Below, piece by piece: positions 43,197-51,296 of a stretch of 53,847 nt of DNA. A model generated the notes under the pieces. The model had not been told where the DNA came from. It saw only the letters and a program-made list of their open reading frames with translations, and made no database searches. A program made the position numbers and the translations under genes. The stretch is from NCBI GenBank assembly GCA_964641265.1, contig CAZXKS010000001.1, positions 12,793 to 66,639 on the forward strand. Direction: 5' to 3'. Numbering within the stretch: the stretch's first letter is position 1; every line of letters begins with the position of its first letter. This stretch comes from an uncultured Methanosarcinales archaeon (GTDB lineage Archaea > Nanobdellota > Nanobdellia > Woesearchaeales > ARS49).

Positions 43197-43442
43197 ATGG
43201 AAGGCTTCCCTTTAACAGGCCGCGTGAAGATTCTTGTCAAGCCTAATTCTAAGAAAACTGAAGTTCTTGGCTGGGATGAGGAAAGGAAAGCTTTTCGGGT
43301 TGCTGTCGCCGCTCCTGCTGAGGATAATAAGGCGAATATTGCATTAGTGAAGTTCTTGTCTAAACTGTCAAAAAAGCGTGTGAGGATTGTTTCTGGTTTG
43401 TCTTCTCGTGAAAAGATTGTTGAATTCTATTTAATCGGGTAA
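43197..43442 (+). CDS. DUF167/YggU-family protein
   Basis: 81 aa. ILVKPNSKKTEVLGWDE...FRVAVAAPAEDNKAN..LVKFLSK matches the family pattern. Confidence 0.75.
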   Translation: MEGFPLTGRVKILVKPNSKKTEVLGWDEERKAFRVAVAAPAEDNKANIALVKFLSKLSKKRVRIVSGLSSREKIVEFYLIG

Positions 43443-44395
43443 TAATTAAGCGATTTGTGGAATTTATAATAGATAAGAGGCTCAAAATCTTTGAGCACGT
43501 CGATAAATTGTGATTTGATCGCATCAATAAATTCATAGAATTCGTTAACATCATTTACTAAAATACGACACTCGAGTTCGCAAAAGCCTATTGTTTTAGT
43601 GATGCTAATAACTTGTGGTTGTAGTGAGAGAAACTTGCGGAACGCCTCTTGGCGGGCAGGAATGTTTTCCAAGAAGAGGAAAACACGGTAGTGAAGCTTT
43701 TTAAGTTTCTCGTGGTTAATCATAACTCTATATCCAAGAATAATACCGTTCTTCTCAAGTTCTTTGATTCTATGCTTGATTGCATTCGCCGTAAGACCGA
43801 TTTTTTTTGATATTTCTGTCAATGGTGTTCTGGCTTGTTCTGCAAGAATCTTGAGAATTTTATCATCAGTTCCATCGAGTAGTCCGGTTTCGAGCGGTCC
43901 TGACATCCGAATTTCGGCCAATTCTGTTGGCTGAGAGATAAGAAATTTTGGTTTGTAATACCAGAAGTCAGTCACAATTGTGATTAATTTTTCCTTTACG
44001 TATTTCTCGAAGTCCTTCATAAGATCCTCATAGATCGCTTTAAATTCATACACGTCCTTTGCAAAAATTGCGATTGAATGGTCCCATTTGCCATGCACTG
44101 ATGCATTCACGCTTACGCGTTTGTGTTTGTTGAGGTGTTGAATGAACTGTTTTTCTTCATCCACGCCTAAATGTTGAAACTTAAAATAGAAGAGATAAAT
44201 TATTAGTCCAAGTTTTGAGGGGTTTATGTCAGTATAAAATCCCTGTATGACGTCTTCCTTCTGTAAGCGTTCAAGACGGTAAAGCAACGCCTGCTTTGAA
44301 ATTCGAAGTTTGCGGGCTAGTTTTGCCAACGGTTGGCGGGCGTTAAAGTCCAGCCCATAGATGAGTTTCTTGTCAATTTCCGTGATTTTGTTCAT
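43427..44395 (-). CDS. Tandem (double) Lrp/AsnC-family transcriptional regulator
   Basis: 322 aa. Two HTH_AsnC-like N-domains (DKKLIYGLDFNARQPLAKLARKLRISKQALLYRLERL and DDKILKILAEQARTPLTEISKKIGLTANAIKHRIKEL), each followed by an effector-type domain. The 3' end overlaps the convergent DUF167 gene by 16 nt. Confidence 0.75.
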   Translation of the reverse strand: MNKITEIDKKLIYGLDFNARQPLAKLARKLRISKQALLYRLERLQKEDVIQGFYTDINPSKLGLIIYLFYFKFQHLGVDEEKQFIQHLNKHKRVSVNASVHGKWDHSIAIFAKDVYEFKAIYEDLMKDFEKYVKEKLITIVTDFWYYKPKFLISQPTELAEIRMSGPLETGLLDGTDDKILKILAEQARTPLTEISKKIGLTANAIKHRIKELEKNGIILGYRVMINHEKLKKLHYRVFLFLENIPARQEAFRKFLSLQPQVISITKTIGFCELECRILVNDVNEFYEFIDAIKSQFIDVLKDFEPLIYYKFHKSLNYYPIK

Positions 44396-44491
44396 ATTTC
44401 TTTACTTTATTAACTTCTAAGCTTTAAATTTTGCGTTTTGTTAAAGAGATATAAGGAAAAGTTTAACTTTCTTAGAATTCACTATTGTTTC

Positions 44492-45166
44492 ATGGTAATT
44501 AGAACTCCACGAACTGAGGAGCTTGAAGTGCTCTATTCATTGATTAAGCCAGAACCGCACCACGTTGTACTGGATGCCCTTGCTGGATCTGGGTTTGCTT
44601 CTGGGCCTCTTATAGGAAAAGTTGCCAGCATTACAGCGGTTGATGTAGATCAGAGACCTGAAGAGCTGCCAAGTCATATTTCCTACGCTAGAAACAATAT
44701 CAAAGATTTGGGCCTTAAAGATAATAGTTTTGACGTAGTTTTAGCACATACAGGATTTCACCACGTTGGTGATGGAGATTCTAAACTGCAAGAGAAAGCA
44801 TTGCGAGAGCTATATAGAGTCTTGAAACCAGCAGGTACAATTGTTATTTCTGATCTGCAAGGCGAATCTTCTGCCTCAGAATTTAATGATAAATGTGTAA
44901 AAAATCATGGAAACAAATGCCAGTGGCTTACTACGGGAAAGATAAAGGAAGCGTTAGAAAAAATCGGATTTAAAGATGTTGTTTCAAGAAAAAAGGATGT
45001 TTCTTGGAACTTTTCTACTTATGAAGATATGAACGCCTTTACTGCCAAGATATTCAAAATTCCGGAGAATAAAATTTTATCACAACTTCAATTATATAAT
45101 CTTCTTATGCCCAATGAACTAATTGTAAAATTACCCTTCTGGTATGCCAAGGGTGTGAAAAAATGA
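44492..45166 (+). CDS. Class I SAM-dependent methyltransferase
   Basis: ATG at 44492 within ORF 44438..45166. VLDALAGSGF (motif I), ITAVDV, LKPAGTIVISD. Confidence 0.75.
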   Translation: MVIRTPRTEELEVLYSLIKPEPHHVVLDALAGSGFASGPLIGKVASITAVDVDQRPEELPSHISYARNNIKDLGLKDNSFDVVLAHTGFHHVGDGDSKLQEKALRELYRVLKPAGTIVISDLQGESSASEFNDKCVKNHGNKCQWLTTGKIKEALEKIGFKDVVSRKKDVSWNFSTYEDMNAFTAKIFKIPENKILSQLQLYNLLMPNELIVKLPFWYAKGVKK

Positions 45167-46224
45167 AACGAGAACCACTTTCTAGACTAACAGTCATGGT
45201 TACAGATGATTGTAATTTGGGGTGTGTAGGATGTGTTACTAACGCCCAATTTGGTCGTTTAGGAAAACGCATTATAGACAAGGATTTCGCTCTTGAAGCA
45301 ATAAAAATGTTCTATAGTCCAGCACGCTTTGAAAAGCCCTATCTCTTCTTTTCAGGGAGAGGAGAACCGACGTTACGAATTGATATTATTGAAGCAATTG
45401 TTAGCGAAGCAAGCAATTTTCTTGATGATCCATATATAGGAATTCAAACAAATGGAGTTTTTGATGTAAAAACAAGGCAAAGAATAAATGAGATTTCCGA
45501 TCTTGTCTGGATGTCAGTGGACGGTAGACCAGAAATTAATGATGGCTTAAGGCCAATGCGTAAAGGAAACGCCTCAGAATATTTAGCTGAGAATATTCCG
45601 GCTCTTATGGCATCCGGTACACCAGTGCGCTGGCGTTCAACTATTTATCCAAGAAATTGCAGTGCAGTAGAGCAAAAATCACTAGTTGATTATGCAAAAC
45701 AATGTGGTATTGATATAGTCGTTTGTGAACCAGCAATCATTTCTCCGTCAAGAACTAATACTGGTGACGACATATATCTTGTCAGCATTTCCAAATTTAT
45801 TGAAGGATTTATTGAAGCCAATCAATATGCTGCATCAATAGGGATCACTTATATCACTGGTTTGATGGAAGAAGCACAGAAATTGCACGATATTGGCACT
45901 AGAAAGAGGTGCAGCGAATGTTTTGCAATAGATCCTCTTACAGCATTACCAAAAAGCGCAACATTAACAACCGATAATCGTATGGTAGGTTGCTATCTTG
46001 GTTATGAAGATAATGATACAATGGAAGTACTTACATTCGGAAGATGGAAAAATGGCAGATTAGTAATTGATCGAGAAAGGTTGCGAGAACTTGGGCAAGC
46101 AGATAAAAATAATAATTGTTGTTTTGGCAGATCTCTTTTGGGAAATAGTAGAATAGAAGCATCACTTTTAGAAAAAGTTAGGAAAGAAACAAAATATCCA
46201 GTAGAATTACCTTACCATTCCTAA
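45163..46224 (+). CDS. Radical SAM enzyme with a Cys-rich C-terminal (SPASM/twitch-like) extension
   Basis: 353 aa. CNLGCVGC is CxxxCxxC. GGEP-like SGRGEPT. C-terminal CSEC ... C ... CC cluster. ATGA overlap with the methyltransferase. Confidence 0.75.
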   Translation: MKREPLSRLTVMVTDDCNLGCVGCVTNAQFGRLGKRIIDKDFALEAIKMFYSPARFEKPYLFFSGRGEPTLRIDIIEAIVSEASNFLDDPYIGIQTNGVFDVKTRQRINEISDLVWMSVDGRPEINDGLRPMRKGNASEYLAENIPALMASGTPVRWRSTIYPRNCSAVEQKSLVDYAKQCGIDIVVCEPAIISPSRTNTGDDIYLVSISKFIEGFIEANQYAASIGITYITGLMEEAQKLHDIGTRKRCSECFAIDPLTALPKSATLTTDNRMVGCYLGYEDNDTMEVLTFGRWKNGRLVIDRERLRELGQADKNNNCCFGRSLLGNSRIEASLLEKVRKETKYPVELPYHS

Positions 46225-46234
46225 TACACTAAAA

Positions 46235-46564
46235 ATGCCCACAAAAGCTTTTACTTCAATAACCTTAGAAAATTATCATAATGAAGAACTTGCAGAAGAA
46301 ATAGTTAATTATCTTAAAAAAAAGAAAATTAAACAAGTCAAGATAAAGATTACTGAAGAATTAAGAGAAACTCTTGAAAAAAATTATACCACGGATAAAT
46401 TTGATAAATTGAAAGATGAAATACAAAGGTGGCTTGAAGCTGACGGTTTTCATTTTTACTTGAGTATTCCTAAGATTAAAACTACTTTTGAAAAATTTGC
46501 GTATGGGGTAGAAGCGAATTCATACGAAAAAGACTTTAAAGAGACATTCTCAAAATATGAATAA
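46235..46564 (+). CDS. Small K/E-rich hypothetical protein
   Basis: 109 aa, starting 10 nt after the radical SAM gene. No recognizable motif. Confidence 0.45.
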   Translation: MPTKAFTSITLENYHNEELAEEIVNYLKKKKIKQVKIKITEELRETLEKNYTTDKFDKLKDEIQRWLEADGFHFYLSIPKIKTTFEKFAYGVEANSYEKDFKETFSKYE

Positions 46565-46621
46565 GCCAAACTAAGTGCTCACCGTCTCAATCATCAACTA
46601 TCCGCCCCAATATTTAAACCA

Positions 46622-46657
46622 TCCGTAAACCTTCCGGATTTTCCGTAAACTTTCCGG
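46622..46657. repeat. Two 16-nt direct repeats with 20-nt period followed by a T-tract
   Basis: TCCGTAAACCTTCCGG (46622-46637) and TCCGTAAACTTTCCGG (46642-46657), one mismatch, then TTTTTT. Confidence 0.8.
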
Positions 46658-46703
46658 TTTTTTCGTCGATACGCATATTAAGGAGTAAAAAATATACTTT
46701 TTC

Positions 46704-46949
46704 ATGTCTTACGTTCACTTGTTCATTGTTAAGGATGATTGTGTGTATTCTGTGACTGTTCATTATAGGACTGCGATGAAGCTTTTGGAAAAGGGCGTGG
46801 ATAGTATTTTGCCTTTGTTGAAGTCTCGTTTTCTTGATGCTGGCTATCTTGTGTTGGACTTGAACAAGCGTACTATTGTTAATGGCCAGGGTGCTTTTCA
46901 TGTTGGCAGTGTTTTAGGAAAGAAGGATTTGTGTGTGATTGAAGCATAA
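46704..46949 (+). CDS. Hypothetical small protein
   Basis: 81-aa ORF with the window-typical T/G-ending codon usage. No motif recognized. Confidence 0.4.
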   Translation: MSYVHLFIVKDDCVYSVTVHYRTAMKLLEKGVDSILPLLKSRFLDAGYLVLDLNKRTIVNGQGAFHVGSVLGKKDLCVIEA

Positions 46950-46988
46950 GCTTTTTAAAGTCATAATCTTTTCTACTTGTTGAAAAAG

Positions 46989-47498
46989 ATGGTGAAGAAG
47001 ACTATTGTCGCGGTATTGGCGATTGTATTGTTGTCTATTGTTTTTGTTGGCGCTGCTCAGCGTTGGGGCTATACCCGGTATGGCGCTGTTTACTCTTATG
47101 GCACTCCTTATTATTCCTATTATCCTCTTTATCAGTATCCGTTTTATGGGGGCTATTATTCATATTATCGATCTCCATATTACACTTATCCGTACTATTA
47201 CAGCCCGTTAGCTTCAGATTATGTTTATAGGTATGGTGCGCCTTCAACTGCGTATCCATCTCCGACTGCTGGGTACGGCGCTCCTTCAACCGCGTATCCA
47301 TCTCCTGTTTCTGGTGAATTGCCGCGTGGTGGGGAAGGCCAGTTGTGTGGCATGATTGATAGCCAGCAGTATGGTTGCGAGTATGGCTTGGTGTGTGATT
47401 ACAAGCAGGGTGGTGTTGGTGTTTGCGCCCGCCAGTCTGGTGGTGTTACTTACACGAGTCCGCCTACAGCTGCTTATCCGTATTATTATTATGGCTAG
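46989..47498 (+). CDS. Secreted Tyr/Pro-rich low-complexity protein with a small Cys-containing module
   Basis: ATG 46989 (MVKKTIVAVLAIVLLSIVFVGAA signal/anchor). YGTPYYSYYPLYQYPFYGGYYSYYRSPYYTYPYYYSP, duplicated GAPSTAYPSP, four-Cys segment CGMIDSQQYGCEYGLVCDYKQGGVGVC, terminal AAYPYYYYG. TATA TTTTTAAAG about 30 nt upstream. Confidence 0.6.
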   Translation: MVKKTIVAVLAIVLLSIVFVGAAQRWGYTRYGAVYSYGTPYYSYYPLYQYPFYGGYYSYYRSPYYTYPYYYSPLASDYVYRYGAPSTAYPSPTAGYGAPSTAYPSPVSGELPRGGEGQLCGMIDSQQYGCEYGLVCDYKQGGVGVCARQSGGVTYTSPPTAAYPYYYYG

Positions 47499-48097
47499 AT
47501 GTTGCTAAGCTTTGGGATTTCTTGCGTTAGGTGTGCTTCTAGTGCGTTTGCGTCAGTTGTGTGATAGGGGCTTCCTGTTCTTAGCCAGATGTCTCTGCCT
47601 GCGTATTCGATTCCTAATGGCACAAATGGGACTCCTAGTTGGGCTCTAATTATTTTTTCAAGAAGGGAGTTTGGCTTTATGCGTATTTGGCCCATTTGTT
47701 TATTGTGTCTTGTTCCTTCCGGGTGTATGACAATTGTTTCTCCTTTTTTTAGCTGGCTTATTGCTTTTTCTGTTGTTGCTTCGTTTATTGCTTGTGCTTG
47801 TTCTTTGGTGATTTTTCCTTTTTTAAGGTCTTTTGGCCTTGCCACGAGTATGCCGCCATAAAGATGCAGGATTTCATTTAGTGGGAATGGAAATCCTCTC
47901 ATTATGTAGTAGGGTTGTTTTCCTGTTGTTCTGTAAACAAGGTTGCCCTCAAGCAGAATGTCAATCATTTTTTGGTGTTTTGGCAGTAGAACAAATGGTC
48001 CTTTTGGCAGGCTGCCTTCGTGGTGCACTTTATAACGAGTGTTGAAGTAAATGTTGACTAGGATTTCGCTTGCTCTGAACACCCAGTATGATCTCAT
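47495..48097 (-). CDS. PlsC-like lysophospholipid/glycerol-phosphate acyltransferase
   Basis: 200 aa from the ATG at 48097, internal to track ORF 47495..48817 (the upstream 240 aa of that ORF is R/K/N junk overlapping nucS). HQKMID is an HX4D motif and PEGTRH an EGTR motif. ATGA overlap with the nucS stop. Confidence 0.7.
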   Translation of the reverse strand: MRSYWVFRASEILVNIYFNTRYKVHHEGSLPKGPFVLLPKHQKMIDILLEGNLVYRTTGKQPYYIMRGFPFPLNEILHLYGGILVARPKDLKKGKITKEQAQAINEATTEKAISQLKKGETIVIHPEGTRHNKQMGQIRIKPNSLLEKIIRAQLGVPFVPLGIEYAGRDIWLRTGSPYHTTDANALEAHLTQEIPKLSNI

Positions 48098-48834
48098 GCA
48101 AATCCGTCTAGTTTTGCTTGTTTTTTGTCGTATTCTTCTAGGTATTTTGGCGGTTTTATGCTTACAAATTGGAATCCCCAGTCTTTTAGCATTTTCTCCG
48201 CATTTTGTGTTATTTTTGGTGCTGCTAGTATTCCTCTGACTTTTGTTATTCCTTTGCTCACCATTATTTTTTCTACGTATCTGCGTAGTTGTGTTACGGC
48301 TGATAGTTCTGCTCTGTATCTTTTGCATTCTATTATTGTTAAAATGCCGTTTTTGTCCACGCCCATAACGTCGATGAATCCGTATTTTGTTTGTTCTTCT
48401 TGGCTTACTGGTTTGAATCCTTCTTCTATTAGTTCTGGGTTGTTGTATATCATGTTGCTCATGTCGTCTTCTGTGCCGCTTACGCGGATAACTTGTCCGT
48501 CTTCTAATTTTTCGCTGTTGAAGAAGTGGATTTTTTGTATTGATATTTCCATTTTTTCTTTTTGTAGTAAATTTTGGCTTTTTAGTATTAGTCCTTCGTT
48601 CTCTACTCTTAATGAATGGCCGCTTTTTGGCTTCATGTAGTTTATTGGCGCGTTTCCTGTTGGCTGGTGTACTAATAGGGCGTTGTCGCTTTTTATCATT
48701 ATTATTCTGTCTCCCCAGTCTAGGAAGCTTTCTGCTCTGCCAGAATATCTTATTCTGCATTTGCATGAGAATACTATTGTTTCGTTGCGTGCTAGTGCGT
48801 CGTTCAATAGCGTGCAATAGTCTTCTGGTTTCAT
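48094..48834 (-). CDS. nucS: Endonuclease NucS/EndoMS
   Basis: 246 aa. N-terminal half-barrel region and C-terminal RecB-like nuclease motifs GFIDVMGVD ... IIECKR. Confidence 0.85.
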   Translation of the reverse strand: MKPEDYCTLLNDALARNETIVFSCKCRIRYSGRAESFLDWGDRIIMIKSDNALLVHQPTGNAPINYMKPKSGHSLRVENEGLILKSQNLLQKEKMEISIQKIHFFNSEKLEDGQVIRVSGTEDDMSNMIYNNPELIEEGFKPVSQEEQTKYGFIDVMGVDKNGILTIIECKRYRAELSAVTQLRRYVEKIMVSKGITKVRGILAAPKITQNAEKMLKDWGFQFVSIKPPKYLEEYDKKQAKLDGFA

Positions 48835-48856
48835 GGGGACGTTGAGAACTGCTTAT

Positions 48857-49918
48857 TTACATTTTGGCGTAGCGTTCGAGTTCGTCTTGGATGACTTCAA
48901 GTTGTACGCCTGCTTGTTTGAACCAATCTCTGGTGAGTTGTGAGCGGTGGTATCTTTTAAGGCAGACGACGCGTTTGATTCCTGCGTTTATTATTGTCTG
49001 GGCGCATACATAACAGGGTTCCATTTTGCAATATATGGTCGCGCCGAGGACAGACACGCCGTGTCTTGCTGCTTGGGCTATGGCGTTTGTTTCAGCGTGT
49101 GTTGTTCGTATGCAGTGTTGGCTTTCTGTTCCGTCTGTGTTGTGCACTTTGTGCATTAAATGTCCTGCTTCGTCACAGTGTGACAGTCCGACTGGCGCAC
49201 CAACATATCCTGTTGATATTATTCGTTTGTCTTTCACTACTACACACCCACTTTTTCCCCTATCGCAGGTCGCTCTTTTTCCAACTTCTTGTGCAAGATG
49301 TATAAAGTATTCATCCCAGCCTGGTCTTTTTTTGTCTAGTTTTGATTTCCATTGCGTTATTAGCTTGTCTACTTTATTTTTTAGTTCTTCAAGTGCGCCG
49401 TCGTTGTTTATTGTTATGTCTGCCATGCTTATTACTGTGTTGACTTGTTGTTTGGCAGGGTCTGTGCTTTCTGCTTCTTGTGCTTCTTTTTGTTTGAATT
49501 CTTCAAAGGTTTCTAGCTCGTCGCCTCGCTTTGATGTTGTTCGTCTGGCTTCCATTCGTTGCCATCTTATTTTTTGTGAGGTTGTTACGTTGATGAGTGC
49601 AAAGTTTGGTTTTGTTCTTAGTACTTCTACTTCTGTTGGGTTTCGTATGCTGGTTACAACATAGCTTTTGTCCCATTCTATTTTTTGTAATGCCAGGCGT
49701 GCCAGAATTCCGTTTCCGTGTTTTCGTCTTAGCTCGTTGCCAAGATTGATGAGGTTTTCTCTTGTGTCTTTTATGCCTCTTTTTTTGGCTTCTTCTCTGA
49801 TGAAGTCTGATAGTGAGATGTGTTGGAATCCTTTTTCTTTCAGTATTTCTCCTATTGTGTCTTTGCCTGATGCTAAATGTCCTGTTACCCCCAGTATCAT
49901 AATGTGCTTGAACTGCAA
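48857..49918 (-). CDS. Fusion protein: N-terminal P-loop nucleotide-kinase-like domain plus C-terminal CMP/dCMP-type zinc deaminase
   Basis: 353 aa. P-loop GVTGHLASGKDT. Deaminase HAETNAI (HAE) and PCYVCAQ (PCxxC). TATA ATTATAAATA upstream. Confidence 0.8.
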   Translation of the reverse strand: MQFKHIMILGVTGHLASGKDTIGEILKEKGFQHISLSDFIREEAKKRGIKDTRENLINLGNELRRKHGNGILARLALQKIEWDKSYVVTSIRNPTEVEVLRTKPNFALINVTTSQKIRWQRMEARRTTSKRGDELETFEEFKQKEAQEAESTDPAKQQVNTVISMADITINNDGALEELKNKVDKLITQWKSKLDKKRPGWDEYFIHLAQEVGKRATCDRGKSGCVVVKDKRIISTGYVGAPVGLSHCDEAGHLMHKVHNTDGTESQHCIRTTHAETNAIAQAARHGVSVLGATIYCKMEPCYVCAQTIINAGIKRVVCLKRYHRSQLTRDWFKQAGVQLEVIQDELERYAKM

Positions 49919-50148
49919 CTCGTATTTATAATTTCATGAACTGCAGTAGCATGATTGCAGTTTACACGTTAGAAACATTACGAACAGCTCCATAAATGAA
50001 TTTAAAGACAAACATTTTGCAAAAAATGTATTCTCGATCCCAAAGAGGTGCACGAAAAAGAGGTGATTCCCCTTCGGGGGAACGAACAAAGTGAGTTCAC
50101 ACGAAGGGACCAGCCAAACTTGTTTGGCGCTGCCCCTTCGGGGGAAAA

Positions 50149-50250
50149 TTAGCTTACTGCTTCTTCTGCGTTTTGATCGTCTGCATCTCGGAAGAAAACG
50201 TCGAGGGACTTGTTTTTTAGTTTTTCTCTGTAGTTTACTGCTACTGCCAT
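50149..50250 (-). CDS. Candidate 33-aa small protein
   Basis: Hand translation gives MAVAVNYREKLKNKSLDVFFRDADDQNAEEAVS. GAGGT lies 8 nt upstream of the ATG. The stop is followed on the same strand by the GGGGG-cgaa-GGGGC-type hairpin. Below the ORF-track cutoff. Confidence 0.3.
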   Translation of the reverse strand: MAVAVNYREKLKNKSLDVFFRDADDQNAEEAVS

Positions 50251-50351
50251 GTTATCAACCTCTTTTTTGCCACCAAAAAATTTGTCGTCGTCCGAATTTT
50301 TTGAATCAAATAGATATTTAAAGATGGTTGTTCTGTAAAATAGATACTCTA

Positions 50352-50843
50352 CTATGCAAATTCTGCCAGGCTTTGCGCCGAATGCTTGATTATCTTCCCG
50401 CTTCCTGCATCAATCTTGATGTTTATCGTCTTTAAGCTCTGTGTGAAGTATGTTATGTTGAACAGGTTGTGTCCTTCTGCGTGTTGTATTATGAAGAATT
50501 GTTTGATTGATGGTTCTTTTTTGTAATTTTCGTCGTAACATTGTTTGGAGATTTTCAGTGCTTCTTCTACGCTTAGTTTTACTTCTTCAGTCTTTAATGG
50601 TTGGATTGCGGCTTCTCCTTTTAGTACTTCTTGTTCTTCTGTGCGTTGTACTTCTGTTTCTGATGCTATGAATGTTACCATTCGTTCTTTTTCTAGGTTG
50701 TAGAACCCTATTTGCCATATTCCTTTGTTTGGCTCGTCCAGCATTACGAAAGCGTGCGCTAGGAAATAGTTTGGATTCTTGGCATGCCATTCCTTGAATA
50801 CTGGATGTCTTGTCAGTCTTGCGAGAGTTCCATGCAGGTCCAT
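50352..50843 (-). CDS. Hypothetical protein
   Basis: 163-aa ORF with minus-strand-typical A/C-ending codons. Two-lobed alpha/beta pattern; no motif recognized. Confidence 0.5.
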   Translation of the reverse strand: MDLHGTLARLTRHPVFKEWHAKNPNYFLAHAFVMLDEPNKGIWQIGFYNLEKERMVTFIASETEVQRTEEQEVLKGEAAIQPLKTEEVKLSVEEALKISKQCYDENYKKEPSIKQFFIIQHAEGHNLFNITYFTQSLKTINIKIDAGSGKIIKHSAQSLAEFA

Positions 50844-50927
50844 TTTTGTCGGGAATAGCCAGGGCTATAAATAAATATTGGAATAAGGCTTGTTTTTAAT
50901 ATGCTAGTAAATAGATGGAAAAGGTGA

Positions 50928-51266
50928 ATGTTTTTATTCTCGCGCAGATTTGGCCAAGTAATGGATATCGACCTCTTCGACAATGAAGTGCAGTTTCTTG
51001 AGGACTTAGCAAGTGATTTGGCGGATACTCTTGCAGTTATAGCCTTTGCAGGCCATGCCGATAATGTAGACTACATCAGAAGCATACAGGAACATTTACG
51101 GAAAACGTACGAGTCTAGACTGCCTGATTGTATAACTATGACGAGCTGCATAAAAGTGCAACCTGTTTATGATACGATTATGGATTTGATAAGCATGAAC
51201 CCAGAGGAGCGTCGCCAAGCTGCTGAAGAAGCATTTTACCGCCTGATAAGCGCAGAAGACACATAA
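50928..51266 (+). CDS. Hypothetical acidic protein
   Basis: 112-aa ORF (alternative start MDIDLF at 50961). Codon usage is mixed rather than T/G-ending. Confidence 0.4.
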   Translation: MFLFSRRFGQVMDIDLFDNEVQFLEDLASDLADTLAVIAFAGHADNVDYIRSIQEHLRKTYESRLPDCITMTSCIKVQPVYDTIMDLISMNPEERRQAAEEAFYRLISAEDT

Positions 51267-51296
51267 CCTTAAAACCACTGCTTTTTTCTACTGTTA

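Noticed and set aside
43427-46660. Calling the atypical cassette a mobile element.
   Set aside because: No integrase, transposase, terminal inverted repeats or flanking target duplication were found. Only compositional evidence and one-sided direct repeats exist, so it is reported as a probable horizontally acquired cassette and not annotated as a mobile_element feature.
48098-48817. The N-terminal 240 aa of track ORF 47495..48817 (R/K/N/T-rich).
   Set aside because: It is out-of-frame overlap with nucS. The acyltransferase homology begins only at the internal ATG (48097), which forms an ATGA junction with the nucS stop.
50091-50321. A 76-aa plus-strand ORF (GTG start) in the hairpin-rich gap.
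   Set aside because: It reads through the CCCCTTCGGGGG hairpins and the opposite-strand small ORF. Its sequence is low complexity and Leu/Cys/Arg-rich, with no SD.
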